Virus record (IMG/VR): IMGVR_UViG_3300037462_000280
Coordinates: 1 to 57,835 of that record
DNA from: a virus
Taxonomy: Duplodnaviria > Caudoviricetes
Reading direction: 5' to 3' (one strand)
Length of the DNA: 57,835 bases
Positions 46,188 to 56,452 of this stretch are shown here, one piece after another (within the stretch, counting starts at the first letter, position 1; the number at the start of each line of letters is the position of its first letter). Below the pieces are notes generated by a model. That model did not search any database. It saw only the letters and a program-made list of their open reading frames with translations, and was not told where the DNA came from. The position numbers and the translations under genes were made by a program.

Positions 46188-47021
46188 CTACGGGGTATAG
46201 AAGCGCGTGCGCGCCTTCTGCCCCAGCATCATGTACACCCACTCTGGGATAGTCTTGGACATGGTGAATGCGCGGTCTCCCAGTTGCACCGCCTCACCAA
46301 AGTTGTCGCGGGTTTGGTACAGGTATAACGTGTAGTGCGTCGTTGCATACTCAATTGCGCTATCCATCTGATAGAACTCGATGACCGCGCCAACATCGTG
46401 TGCCACAGCTTCATACCCGTTAACCCCACGCTCTACCGTGATGGTATACGTGTCGGGCGTGCCAACAATCGTCTCGTAACTGAGCACCCGCATGAGTTCC
46501 TCGCCCACGCGAATGTGCATCAATGTCTCAACCCCCGTCAGCCCACTCACATCAAACACCGTGTCGGTGTCCGTTGCAGCGCTTGTCAAGGTTAGGGAAG
46601 TCGGCTTGAACATGGTGGCAGGGCTTTGGTTATACCCCCACACGCCGTCCAGCGCGATTGTTTGAAACAGTTGCCAGCCGTTCGGCAAGAAGGTCGTATA
46701 CCCCCCTGACGGCATGATTTGGTAGACCGGCCAGCGGTTCTTATCAAGCAGAACGTATTCTGTCGGCTCGATTTCACGCTCATCCACTGTGAGTGCGTCT
46801 AACACCAGCAAGTCTTCAGACAGGTCAAGCGCAATCCCAGTGGGGATGTCTTCATACAGCACAGCGCGATACGGCACAAACACGCGGTCACACGTCGTTT
46901 CAACAGTGTTCGAGGCCGCCCAGATGAGGCGCTTCAGAAACTCGTCATCCGTGTCTTCCGTGATGTCCATTGCTTGCTTGACCTTCTCGAGAGTGGTCAA
47001 GGGGTTGTTGTACCGCGCCAT
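46188..47021 (-). CDS. Head-tail connector with inserted domain
   Basis: LTTLEKVKQ...DDEFLKRLI.AAS..VE..CDR.F. Confidence 0.8.
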   Translation of the reverse strand: MARYNNPLTTLEKVKQAMDITEDTDDEFLKRLIWAASNTVETTCDRVFVPYRAVLYEDIPTGIALDLSEDLLVLDALTVDEREIEPTEYVLLDKNRWPVYQIMPSGGYTTFLPNGWQLFQTIALDGVWGYNQSPATMFKPTSLTLTSAATDTDTVFDVSGLTGVETLMHIRVGEELMRVLSYETIVGTPDTYTITVERGVNGYEAVAHDVGAVIEFYQMDSAIEYATTHYTLYLYQTRDNFGEAVQLGDRAFTMSKTIPEWVYMMLGQKARTRFYTP

Positions 47022-47032
47022 GCTGTTATGCC

Positions 47033-47371
47033 TTAGCCTTCAAGCATTACATTGACCGTAGGGGTGGAACCCGTCTCAGCGATGATACGCAAGTTGGCAA
47101 CCGCGTTACCGCCTTCAACCTGAAACACCGCGTTCGCCTGCACGCCCGCACTGGGCAAGCCCACAATGCGGATACCACCGTTATCACCACCGGTCGGATT
47201 AGTCCCATCCCAGCGGATGTTGACATTGCCCCCGACAATCGACAAGGTGGCAAGCGAGGCGTTCTGCACATCAGCGGCGGTGACGCCCGAGAAGTCAAGC
47301 AAGCTCACAGCGGTGCTCGTCACAGCCAACGATACAAAGCGGATAGGGGTGGTGATGTCTGCGTAACCCAT
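47033..47371 (-). CDS. Small virion structural protein
   Basis: IRWDGTNPT; head region. Confidence 0.55.
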   Translation of the reverse strand: MGYADITTPIRFVSLAVTSTAVSLLDFSGVTAADVQNASLATLSIVGGNVNIRWDGTNPTGGDNGGIRIVGLPSAGVQANAVFQVEGGNAVANLRIIAETGSTPTVNVMLEG

Positions 47372-47382
47372 GCAAATTCTCC

Positions 47383-47799
47383 TTAGAGGACGACGTAAAA
47401 GACAATGACGGTGGCAAGCCCTGCGGTGGCCGCCGTTCCAGTCGGGATGTAAACAGCGGTCACGTCAACATCGGGCAATTCGGTGTTCAAATAGCCTGAG
47501 ACATTGGTAGACCCCGCACGCAAGATAGCGGCAGTGCCAGCAGCCGCGCCGTCCGCAATAGCGTCACCGTCACCGGTGATACCGAGGTCAAACGTATTGC
47601 TCGACCCTGCATCAAACGCGGTATTGATTTGAATGATTACATCCACAATGCGCGCATACGCGGGCAGGGTGAACAGGGTCTTGGCGGTCGTGTCCGTAAA
47701 GGCAAACGTGCCAATCTTGCAGGCTACCGCCCCCCCGAACGTCGGGGGAGCGAAACCGTAATCATCCGCGTAGAAGTTATCGGTAGTGGTAAAAGGCAT
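47383..47799 (-). CDS. Capsid decoration-like protein
   Basis: LFTLPAYARI...TAFDAG...TAATAG. Confidence 0.6.
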   Translation of the reverse strand: MPFTTTDNFYADDYGFAPPTFGGAVACKIGTFAFTDTTAKTLFTLPAYARIVDVIIQINTAFDAGSSNTFDLGITGDGDAIADGAAAGTAAILRAGSTNVSGYLNTELPDVDVTAVYIPTGTAATAGLATVIVFYVVL

Positions 47800-47814
47800 G
47801 ATGCACCACCTACC

Positions 47815-48222
47815 TTACGAACCGTACTTCTTCTGAGCAACCAGCGTCACGCTGTAGTTCTGGGTCAGGCTCGTCCCTGCAAACGTCACACGGATGTAGC
47901 GGCGCAACAGGTTGGTACGCAACCCGACCACCACATCGTAACCGCCATTTGAGAACGTCGCGAGAGTGACCGGTTCACCCGTCTCGTAGTTCAGGATTGC
48001 ATCAGCGTCTACCGCCGCGTACCCACTGGCAAGCGCGTCACTGTGCTCGATAGCAACCGTCACGGTGCCGGTGCCGCCAGAGCGGGCGTTGATTGCCAGC
48101 GCCATGACGCCGGTCAACTGAGAAATGTCCTTGCCGGTCGAGGCGGTGGTCGTCGAACTGTTCGACACACCGGCGTTCAGCAGAACATCAAGCTCGACTT
48201 GCGCGAGAATGTTGGTCAACAT
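47815..48222 (-). CDS. Capsid cement/decoration-like protein
   Basis: IEHSD...RRYIRV; directly follows MCP. Confidence 0.6.
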   Translation of the reverse strand: MLTNILAQVELDVLLNAGVSNSSTTTASTGKDISQLTGVMALAINARSGGTGTVTVAIEHSDALASGYAAVDADAILNYETGEPVTLATFSNGGYDVVVGLRTNLLRRYIRVTFAGTSLTQNYSVTLVAQKKYGS

Positions 48223-48240
48223 GATTCTGTGTTCCTTTCG

Positions 48241-49647
48241 TTACAGCGCTTGAACGCCGCTGAGAACTTCAAACGCCTCGGGGTACGCGACAGCGGTGTC
48301 AACATACACAGACGCGATAATCGAGACGTTAGCCGACAGAGCAAGACTCTTGTCGGTCGCGCCGGTGATGACCTGCATCTCGATGCTCTGCCCGTAACCC
48401 ATCCACAGGTTGCGCCAGTAGCCGGCGAACACGTAAGTGTTGTTGCTGGTGTTACCAACGGTCACAGTTTGCGGGATTTGGGTGGTGTCGAGGACTTCGA
48501 TACCATCAATGCTACGGGTCTTAACGGTGCCCTGACGGTCAATCATCAACAGCGGTTGACCAGTCGTATCTTTCATACGACGGAAGCCGCCCGACAACTC
48601 AGGGCGCATGATGTACGCGGCGCTATCATCACGCACCACGTTACGCGCTTCAATGCGCTCAAACGCCTTTTGCAGGTCATCCAGCGTCGGCTTACGCCCG
48701 TTCGTCGCAAGCGTGGTGATGTTCACCCCACTGGTGTTCAAGATACCAAGCGGCTCACCGGCTTGATTGGTACCCGTGCGGGTGCCCGTCCCAAACAACG
48801 CAGCCAACTCAATGGCCAGCTTCAGGGTGCGGACAATCTCATCACGGATTTTGTTCTCAAACCCCGTGCCACCCATACGCAACATCGCGGCAGGGTAGTC
48901 CACAGTAGCGCTCAGGCGCTTGGGCGACAAGGTGATGGTCTCAAGCGAGGCATTCGAGACCGCTGGGCTTTGGTTAACACCCAACCATTGCGCGGTGGGC
49001 ACCGCGTTCATCTTCGGCAACGTCAGCGTAGCAACATCGCCCATCTCGTACACGGTGGCACCGGCTTGCTCAAGCACAAGCGCAGGGCGCAAGGCGTCCA
49101 AAATCTCAGTGGCCACCTCTTGGCGCAACACGTAACCACCTTGCTGGCCGGTTTCGTAGTTCATCGCCTTGATGGGGCTTGCGAGGTCGTTGATGGTCTC
49201 GATGAGCGACGGCTTGTTGTATTTGGCCGTCTTACCGTAGCCCTCGTAACGCTTGCTGGCAGCCACACGGGAACCAGACGGTTTCTCATCCGGTGACAAT
49301 GTGGAAGCCACGGGGAACGGCTTCTTGACCGCAGGGGCGCGGTTCTTAATGGCTTCGATGTCAGCCTTCATCGCCTTTGCCGCGCTGGCATTCAGCCCGA
49401 CCGGCTCCAATTGCTCGACAATCCCAACCATCTCACCCAACAGGGCAAACAGTTGCGTGTCGTTCTCGACATCAAACGCCTCACGGTACGACTTGGCCGC
49501 ACCTTCATAGCCTTCTTTGGCCTTGTATTCCTCTTCGCCCTCTTCTTGGAATTGTTCCATCATCTTGTAGAGGGCGGCTTTGACGGCCTCAGGGTTGTCT
49601 TCGACACCCAATGCGGCGGCCATCTTGGTAACGAGTTCAGTGGGCAT
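48241..49647 (-). CDS. HK97-fold major capsid protein with N-terminal scaffold domain
   Basis: GGYVLRQEV, ITLSPKRL, ALFGTG..EPLGILN, PEAF. Confidence 0.92.
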   Translation of the reverse strand: MPTELVTKMAAALGVEDNPEAVKAALYKMMEQFQEEGEEEYKAKEGYEGAAKSYREAFDVENDTQLFALLGEMVGIVEQLEPVGLNASAAKAMKADIEAIKNRAPAVKKPFPVASTLSPDEKPSGSRVAASKRYEGYGKTAKYNKPSLIETINDLASPIKAMNYETGQQGGYVLRQEVATEILDALRPALVLEQAGATVYEMGDVATLTLPKMNAVPTAQWLGVNQSPAVSNASLETITLSPKRLSATVDYPAAMLRMGGTGFENKIRDEIVRTLKLAIELAALFGTGTRTGTNQAGEPLGILNTSGVNITTLATNGRKPTLDDLQKAFERIEARNVVRDDSAAYIMRPELSGGFRRMKDTTGQPLLMIDRQGTVKTRSIDGIEVLDTTQIPQTVTVGNTSNNTYVFAGYWRNLWMGYGQSIEMQVITGATDKSLALSANVSIIASVYVDTAVAYPEAFEVLSGVQAL

Positions 49648-49774
49648 GATACACCTCGGAGTACTGAAGCGCGAAATGCGCCTCAAACGAATGTAACATT
49701 CCGCTTATCCCTCGCCAAGCCTTCCGCCTAAGCCGAGTTTATGCGTGATGTTGGGTAAATTATACACCAACTAT

Positions 49775-50539
49775 TCATTCTGTGTCAATTGTGGCACTTT
49801 CGTCAGACAATGGCACAACTGCCCCTAGCGCAGGTTCAGCCGGTGTCGGGGTCAAGCTGCACCCTGCCAGCGGCCACACCGACAACTCCCCTGTAGCCCC
49901 CTTATACCCCTTTGCCATGATGTGCCCGAGGGTATCCGAACTGTAGCCCAAGTCCCCACGTTCAATCTTAGCTTTGATGGTGGGGTACATGGGGTGGTCA
50001 GTGAACAACTCATGCTCTAACCAAACGCCCCAATCATGCACCTCATGCCCCACGCGCCGCCCAATAGGGGTAATCCCAGTGGCGCTGTGCTCACCGTGCT
50101 CATACCACAGGGGCGCGCCCTGATAGAAGTCAAGAAACAGTTGCGTCTTGGCGGGGAAGAACGTCTTTTGCAGGTCAAGGTAGCGCTCGTCTGCAAAATA
50201 GATTGCCCACCCGCCGATGAGCATCCCTTGCGGGGCGCTCTTTGTCGCAAGCCCAAACCGCTTGTTTCGCATGAATGCACCACGTGCGGCTTGCATCGCT
50301 TTCATCGCGTCACCGGTTTCGTCAAGAACGCGCTTGTACGTGCGCTTGAATACCTCATCTTCTTCGTCGATGGGCACATTCAAGCTCTTTTCTGCGCGGG
50401 CAGACTTTTGCGCGGGGACGTTCAGCGCCAACGCTACAAGATGTGCTTGCGCTTCTTTGGCCGTAGCGTGGCATTTCAATTCTACCCAAGCGTCATCACG
50501 CTTGACCTCGACACACTTCCCTACACGGCGGTATGGCAT
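49775..50539 (-). CDS. Prohead protease with ChaB-like N-terminal module
   Basis: IGGWA, DLQKTFF, LWYEH, GYSS, CSLTPTPAEP. Confidence 0.75.
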   Translation of the reverse strand: MPYRRVGKCVEVKRDDAWVELKCHATAKEAQAHLVALALNVPAQKSARAEKSLNVPIDEEDEVFKRTYKRVLDETGDAMKAMQAARGAFMRNKRFGLATKSAPQGMLIGGWAIYFADERYLDLQKTFFPAKTQLFLDFYQGAPLWYEHGEHSATGITPIGRRVGHEVHDWGVWLEHELFTDHPMYPTIKAKIERGDLGYSSDTLGHIMAKGYKGATGELSVWPLAGCSLTPTPAEPALGAVVPLSDESATIDTE

Positions 50540-50544
50540 GGTGG

Positions 50545-53163
50545 TTACTCCTTAGCCTTCAGCTTGTCATTGATTTTGTTTGCCCACGTGCGCCCCGCGT
50601 CCCCACCCCATAGCAACCATGCGATATAGCCTGCCGAATCAACCCCCCAGCCCTCACCTTGCTTGTCAACCTCATGACGCGCAAAGTATGAGACCATGCG
50701 CCTCACGGTAGACGCGCTCAGCCCACGCCGATTGGAGATGTCACGGGCGCGGGCTACGCCTACCGCAGTGCCCCCACGCCCATGCTTGCGGCGCAATTCT
50801 AAGCCCCGCTCTGCGTTGCGCGCCATTTCAGCGGTTGGGGTGTAATCCTCGGACTTGGTAGTAGCCCCAAAAGAGAATTGCACCACCTTCTCAGCCTCAA
50901 GTTCTGCCATTACCTCGGAACCCGACTTGATTTGAAAGCCTCGCCAATTGGGGTATGCACCGCGATTGACCGGTTCCTCGGTCGGGACGAACAGGCACTT
51001 GCAATTGAAGCCCTTGCACCCCAAGTCAGACGCCTTCGGGCGGATGTTCTGCTTCTTCCATGACTTTGCGCGCCGCACCTGTCCGTTCAAGCGCCCGCAT
51101 GAGATACACCCTTCTTCAGTCTCACCTTGCACCCACATCAGTGCCATATTCTTTGACGCGCTGTATATGCCTTCACTGTAGGCAGGGTAGACCGACTTGT
51201 TAAACCACTCTGCGGCGCGCTGGGCAATGTAATCAGGGCTGTACTTCCCATCGCGGATGTTTTGCGCGGCCTTGTCGTACCACTGGACTTGCGCGGCCTT
51301 GAACCCGTCAAGCCACTGTTGCTCGTCCTCGTCAAGCTCTTGCGAATTCACCCCGCCCTGCATCAGCCCATCGTAATAGGCATCTTCGATGATTTGAGAC
51401 GTGGCCGCTTCAATGCGCTCACGGAACTGTGCAGGTGGTAGCTCACCAGCAATGGCACGCTCGAACAAGCTTTCCACTTCCAACTCGTACTCCAAGCGCG
51501 TCGATTGGATAGACTTCTGCGCCTGTTGCAAGCGGTGCCAATGGTATTTTGCCGCCTTGATGACCTGCCCCTTCATTGCCTCGCGTGCATCTTTCGTCGC
51601 CTCTGGGTAGTCCAGTGCGCCCATCATGCCGTCGATGTAGCCCCACATTTCGCGGGATAGCAAGCGCGTCTCAAACGCCTGCCCCTTGAGGGACTTGGTA
51701 GCCGCCACCTTCATCTCTGCATACACATCGGCTGGCAATTCGGGCAGGTCTTGCCATGCGGAACCGGCACTGCGCGCTTCTGCTGGGGTGCTAGGTTTCG
51801 GATTGAAGTTCTCCCCACTTACCCCCGCCAAAATCTTGTCACTCAACTCAGAAGGGCTATCAACCCGCATGTTGGGTTGGAACCCCTCGGTATTATCAAC
51901 ACCCCCACCACCGGACGGGTCTTGACCGTCTTGACCTTCTTCAGGCTTACGGCCACGGAATAGCAGGTATTCCCAGTAGGTGCCGATGATGTCACGGGGG
52001 ACAGGGATACCCGCAACCATGTAGATGTTCTCCAAAGCGGGGTCAGGGGGGTAGCCCAGATAACGCTGGGCTTGCCCGAGGGTCATCAAGGTTGTCGCAA
52101 CCTTCTTACTGACAACCTCGAGGCGCGCCGATTCATCCTCACGCACCAAATCGCTGATGTCGGCAACAATCCGGTAGCCCGCATAGCCCTCTTCATCGCA
52201 CAGGTATTGCGTCAGCAAACGCGCATACCAGTCGGCTCGGGGGCGAAAGTAACGGTCAAGCCAGATGCTAATCTTGCCTTCTAGCTCATTGTATTGTGAC
52301 TGCCCAGACAGGATAAACGCTGGCTCGACACGAAATGCAATCGCAACATCCTCGCGCAAGTCACGGCGCATAGAAGCCATGTCAAGGTCTTTGAAGTTGA
52401 CCTGCATCTGCTTCCATTCCCAGCGCGCCGCCGTAACCAGCGTGCGTCCAAAATTGACCGCCCCCTGAAACCGGTTCTGCAAGAAACGAATGAGCGACGG
52501 CAATTCTTGCTTGTTCGTCGCCATCATCGCGTCTTTTTCAGGTTGCACGATGGACATGGGGATGGCCATGTTCTGAAAGAATGCCAACAGGGTAGTCTGC
52601 ATCTCTGGCTCGGTTGCAGCCGCTTGTGCGGCCACCTGTGCGCTCGATACCCCGTCCCACTGGTCATCAAACGAGAACTCTGTCAGATACACCGCGTCGG
52701 CGATGTTTAGGTACCCGTTGGGGTTCCTCTGCCCACGCCCCGAGTAGATGAAAAAGCCACGCAAGTAGCCTTCAACCGCATTCTCATCACGGTGGTAGAG
52801 GGTGGGGTTGACCCAGCGCAAATCGACCGTGCGCCCAAACGGGTTGCGGATTTTACGCATGAGGCCGGTGCCAAAGAAGCGCAGGCTAATCTCGGTAGAG
52901 CGCAGTTGGTCACGGAACTTCGCGTCACGCAAGATACGCGCCACAGGGTGAGCCTCTGAAGCATCGACAGGCACGCCCTCAGGGTTGTGTAGCACAAAGT
53001 TGATTGCACTGATGTTGTCTGCCCAGAACTCTGCACAGGACTTGGCAAGCCCGCTGGTTTTGAATAGGCTCATCAACTCAAAGTTGCTGGCACGGGCGCG
53101 CATATACGCAATTTGTGAGCTTAATTCCGCTTTCGCGGCTTGTGTTACCTGCTGTTGGTTCAT
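50545..53163 (-). CDS. Portal protein fused to MuF-like domain and an extra C-terminal domain
   Basis: HK97-like portal (DGVS, FFQNMAIP, VAIAFRV); CISC...GFNCKC; GYIAWLLWGGD. Confidence 0.85.
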   Translation of the reverse strand: MNQQQVTQAAKAELSSQIAYMRARASNFELMSLFKTSGLAKSCAEFWADNISAINFVLHNPEGVPVDASEAHPVARILRDAKFRDQLRSTEISLRFFGTGLMRKIRNPFGRTVDLRWVNPTLYHRDENAVEGYLRGFFIYSGRGQRNPNGYLNIADAVYLTEFSFDDQWDGVSSAQVAAQAAATEPEMQTTLLAFFQNMAIPMSIVQPEKDAMMATNKQELPSLIRFLQNRFQGAVNFGRTLVTAARWEWKQMQVNFKDLDMASMRRDLREDVAIAFRVEPAFILSGQSQYNELEGKISIWLDRYFRPRADWYARLLTQYLCDEEGYAGYRIVADISDLVREDESARLEVVSKKVATTLMTLGQAQRYLGYPPDPALENIYMVAGIPVPRDIIGTYWEYLLFRGRKPEEGQDGQDPSGGGGVDNTEGFQPNMRVDSPSELSDKILAGVSGENFNPKPSTPAEARSAGSAWQDLPELPADVYAEMKVAATKSLKGQAFETRLLSREMWGYIDGMMGALDYPEATKDAREAMKGQVIKAAKYHWHRLQQAQKSIQSTRLEYELEVESLFERAIAGELPPAQFRERIEAATSQIIEDAYYDGLMQGGVNSQELDEDEQQWLDGFKAAQVQWYDKAAQNIRDGKYSPDYIAQRAAEWFNKSVYPAYSEGIYSASKNMALMWVQGETEEGCISCGRLNGQVRRAKSWKKQNIRPKASDLGCKGFNCKCLFVPTEEPVNRGAYPNWRGFQIKSGSEVMAELEAEKVVQFSFGATTKSEDYTPTAEMARNAERGLELRRKHGRGGTAVGVARARDISNRRGLSASTVRRMVSYFARHEVDKQGEGWGVDSAGYIAWLLWGGDAGRTWANKINDKLKAKE

Positions 53164-54404
53164 GTGATGATAGCCTCCCATGTAACGCCCGTGTGCGCGG
53201 CTTCTACCGCAAGGGCAAGTGCGATAACGTGGTCGTCGTGTTGCCCTCTCGGGGCGCTGTATCGCACAATACCTGCGCTCCCTTTACCTTGCGTGGCCTC
53301 GAACATCAACAGTTCCCCAATCAATTCTTGATGGTTTGGGATGCTTATCTCCCCGCGCTCAAACTTCATAATCAGGTTGTCGATGATACGGGTCTTGCTG
53401 GCATTCGTTGTATCAAAAGGGGTGATAGGGAGGTTGGCGTTCTGTAGCATCTCGATAACACCTTGATTGCCCGTGCGCTCGACAACCATCGCCGCAGGCT
53501 GGATGTGGTCTACCAATGTCTTGAGACGCTGGATTTGCTCGGTGTAGTTGCTGTGGTAACTCTCAATCCAGACAACGCGCCCCTCATTCACATCATACAC
53601 AACCGCCACAGTAGGGTCGTGTAGCTTCCCCAAGTCAACCCCCATAACCCACATGTCGTTACGGTTCTGCTTGGGCAGAGTGGTGGGCATCTCCCCGTAG
53701 ATGTTTGCATCGACATTGCTGAACAGAACACCCTCGGTAATAAATTCCGCGTCCCACTCTTGGCGGAATTTAACAGACGGTATCTCACGCTTGACGCGCT
53801 CATACGCCTTGAGGATGTTTGGGTTTGGGTTGTCTCTCGTGCGCCGATGGAACGCGGCAACTTCTGCGCTGTCCCCAAGCTCTTTCATGTCACGCAAGCC
53901 GCGCAAGTACTCAGTATAGAACCAATTCAGCCCTTTAGGGGTTGAAATCATCCAAATATCCCCGTCCGTGTCGGCAACCATCGGTTTCAGCGTCTCGTAG
54001 TAGACGTTTTCGTCGATACGCGCCGCTTCGTCGATGATGATGAAGTGGAAGTTGTTACCGAGGATAGACTGTGGATTGTCCGCTGAGAACAGGCTGATAC
54101 TGCCCCCTGATGAGAACGTAAACTGGTTCTCTTTGCGGTCAATACGCGCTTGTTTACTCGCGACAAGTTCTCGGATAGCCCGTTCTACCATCACCCAAAA
54201 CGGGCGCGCATTCTTATACGTGGGGGTAATCCACGCAACGCGCCGCCCGTTCACTGCATCGAGAATCGCCGCATTACCGCAGGTGGTAGACTTCCCATAC
54301 CGACGCCCAGCCGCAATCACCTTGAACTTCGCGGGGTGTTTCACAATCTCCCACTGGTCAGGGCGTAGCACATCAAGGTACAGCTTGGGCGTCTTGCTCG
54401 TCAT
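53160..54404 (-). CDS. terL: Terminase large subunit
   Basis: AAGRRYGKS, IIIDEAA, ISTPKG, GVDLG, HDDHVIALALA. Confidence 0.95.
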   Translation of the reverse strand: MTSKTPKLYLDVLRPDQWEIVKHPAKFKVIAAGRRYGKSTTCGNAAILDAVNGRRVAWITPTYKNARPFWVMVERAIRELVASKQARIDRKENQFTFSSGGSISLFSADNPQSILGNNFHFIIIDEAARIDENVYYETLKPMVADTDGDIWMISTPKGLNWFYTEYLRGLRDMKELGDSAEVAAFHRRTRDNPNPNILKAYERVKREIPSVKFRQEWDAEFITEGVLFSNVDANIYGEMPTTLPKQNRNDMWVMGVDLGKLHDPTVAVVYDVNEGRVVWIESYHSNYTEQIQRLKTLVDHIQPAAMVVERTGNQGVIEMLQNANLPITPFDTTNASKTRIIDNLIMKFERGEISIPNHQELIGELLMFEATQGKGSAGIVRYSAPRGQHDDHVIALALAVEAAHTGVTWEAIIT

Positions 54405-55000
54405 TGACCCGTCTCACTATCCACCGATTGATTGACCTCAAAGAACTCAGCGTCTTCTACCACTGGTTCACCCCCGACCGGAAGTGCGTCGGGCGCAATG
54501 GCCGCAAACCGCTCTTTGGGCGGGGTCTGGTTGAACACAATCACCACGCCTGAGCCTTCATCGACCAATTGGTCACGCGCACTCCATTCCTCGGGGTCTT
54601 GGCGGCGCAAGTACTCCCCGCTGGCGCGCCAGTCGGCAGGCACATCGCGAGTAACGACCCGTTCTTCTTCAAACGTTTCCTCAACAAGCTCCCCGTCACG
54701 GTTCATCTTTGTCTCTCTGCGCTTGATGACCGTGACCTCTTGGATACGTTGCCCATTGACGGCCATATCGTGCCACTTCATCTCCAGTTGCGCCCGCGCA
54801 AGCGCCATCGCTTGCTCTGCTTCAAACGCAAACCCAGAGAATAGGGTGTCAGGCGTTGTCTTACCCTTATTAATCCAACTACGTATCGTCTCTGGGGAAA
54901 GCCCGACAAGCGCAGCCGCGCTTTTAATCGTCGCACCGGCCTTTAAGGCGTCAATGACCTGCTTGTGGATGAGTAGTGAGTATTGGGTGTTAGTTCTCAT
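54401..55000 (-). CDS. terS: Terminase small subunit (HTH)
   Basis: AAALVGLSPETIRSW; DWRAS.EYL.R..P.EW; adjacent to terL. Confidence 0.75.
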   Translation of the reverse strand: MRTNTQYSLLIHKQVIDALKAGATIKSAAALVGLSPETIRSWINKGKTTPDTLFSGFAFEAEQAMALARAQLEMKWHDMAVNGQRIQEVTVIKRRETKMNRDGELVEETFEEERVVTRDVPADWRASGEYLRRQDPEEWSARDQLVDEGSGVVIVFNQTPPKERFAAIAPDALPVGGEPVVEDAEFFEVNQSVDSETGQ

Positions 55001-55036
55001 CACAATATCCCAAATTATATCCCAAATCCAAACCCC

Positions 55037-55060
55037 ATAATACCACACAAATGGTACAAT
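55037..55060. promoter_or_regulatory. Back-to-back extended -10 promoters
   Basis: GTGTGGTATTAT on - strand (55037-55048); TGGTACAAT on + strand (55052-55060). Confidence 0.5.
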
Positions 55061-55088
55061 AGGTCAAGCATTGTTCAATGGAGGCAAC

Positions 55089-56015
55089 ATGGGGAAGCAG
55101 AAACTCACGTCAGACATTCGCGGTAAGGCATTGTTGACCGCGTTTGAGGCCAGCGGGTTACGCGAAAAGCAGTTCTGGAAACAACACTTAGAGAAGCTTG
55201 GCATTACTTACGACGCATTCCACGGACGCTTGTGGCGTGCAACCCGCAACGCTGGAGACCGCCCCGACCTTTTCGACAGGGGTGGGGCAAAGTCCCACGG
55301 TGCGCCCTTACGTATCAGTGGTGATTGCGTTGTGACGGGCGACTGGCAACTCCCAACCACCAACTACGATTTTGCCGCCCTCCCAATGGCTATCGGGGAG
55401 AAGTACTTAACCGGTGAGCGCACCCTTATCATCGCGGGCGACTTCATCAACGCTGATGCCTTTAGCACATATGATTCAGACCTACCCACGCCCGCGTTTG
55501 AACAAGAGTTGGCCGCCGCCGAGTGGTTGTTCGGGGAGTTGCTGACGGTGTTCAGCCGCATCTTCTGGATTGCGGGCAACCATGAGCGGCGCGTGGGCAA
55601 GCGTACTAAGGGCGCATTGAATATGAACCACCTGAAGCGCCTCATCCGCGATGATGAGCGCATTGTGGTCTCAAACTGGGGGCATATGGTTGTCGAGACC
55701 TCAACAGGGGAGTGGCGTATCACCCACGGGCGCAATTACAGCGTCAATACCCTAACGGTTGCCTCGGAACTGGCGCAAAAGTTCCAACAACACATCATCG
55801 GGCACCACCAGCACCACATCGGGATGTCATACGACCGGTTTGGGCGCTACATCTTGGTGGATAACGGGGGCATTTTCGCCCCGAACCAGATGGACTACGC
55901 AATCCTAGATGATAGCAAAAGCCCCGCGATGAAGGTGGGGTTCACCTTACTCCAAAACGGGGTGGCAACCCTATTCGGCGCACACCCCTTCACAGACTGG
56001 CAACGCTGGCTATAA
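55089..56015 (+). CDS. Calcineurin-like metallophosphoesterase
   Basis: GDWQ, AGDF, AGNHE, THG, GHHQH. Confidence 0.85.
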   Translation: MGKQKLTSDIRGKALLTAFEASGLREKQFWKQHLEKLGITYDAFHGRLWRATRNAGDRPDLFDRGGAKSHGAPLRISGDCVVTGDWQLPTTNYDFAALPMAIGEKYLTGERTLIIAGDFINADAFSTYDSDLPTPAFEQELAAAEWLFGELLTVFSRIFWIAGNHERRVGKRTKGALNMNHLKRLIRDDERIVVSNWGHMVVETSTGEWRITHGRNYSVNTLTVASELAQKFQQHIIGHHQHHIGMSYDRFGRYILVDNGGIFAPNQMDYAILDDSKSPAMKVGFTLLQNGVATLFGAHPFTDWQRWL

Positions 56016-56020
56016 GCACG

Positions 56021-56046
56021 AAAAAGCCCCTCAGTTGAGGGGCTTT
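56021..56046. terminator. Bidirectional terminator
   Basis: AAAAAGCCCCTCA-GT-TGAGGGGCTTT. Confidence 0.8.
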
Positions 56047-56059
56047 GTGTTTGGTTTGC

Positions 56060-56434
56060 CTACCAAGTGCTACCAATCTTGTGGTGTAGACGCTCTAGCA
56101 CAACGTCCGCAAGGTCTCCAATGGTATTCGCAAACACATCGCCGTCTGGGGAGGCTTCCCAACACGCCTTACTCGCGTCTTCTAGCGCTTTTAGCGCGAT
56201 AGAGGCCGTGTTTTCTCGTCTGTGCAGCGCTTTCACAACCTCTTGCAAGCCTTGCGCCGCCTCTTTCCAGCTTAAACCAGCAACACTCATTACGTGTTCG
56301 CTGAATTCTTGCCGCTCGATGACCAAATACTCAACTGCATCGGTGGCGACCTGAAGCGCCTTGCTCACCTCCTGCGCCAGTTGCTCGAACGTCTTGGGTG
56401 TTTCTTGTGCCGGTTGTGCTTGTTTCTTAGGCAT
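56060..56434 (-). CDS. Hypothetical helical protein
   Basis: RBS AAGGAG. Confidence 0.7.
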   Translation of the reverse strand: MPKKQAQPAQETPKTFEQLAQEVSKALQVATDAVEYLVIERQEFSEHVMSVAGLSWKEAAQGLQEVVKALHRRENTASIALKALEDASKACWEASPDGDVFANTIGDLADVVLERLHHKIGSTW

Positions 56435-56452
56435 TGTCTGTCTCCTTATGGG

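Noticed and set aside
48043-49296. 417-aa + strand ORF and similar antisense ORFs across the structural module
   Set aside because: Shadows of the capsid and tail genes
55005-55028. ATATCCCAAAT direct repeat upstream of terS as a pac site
   Set aside because: Only two copies, with no independent support
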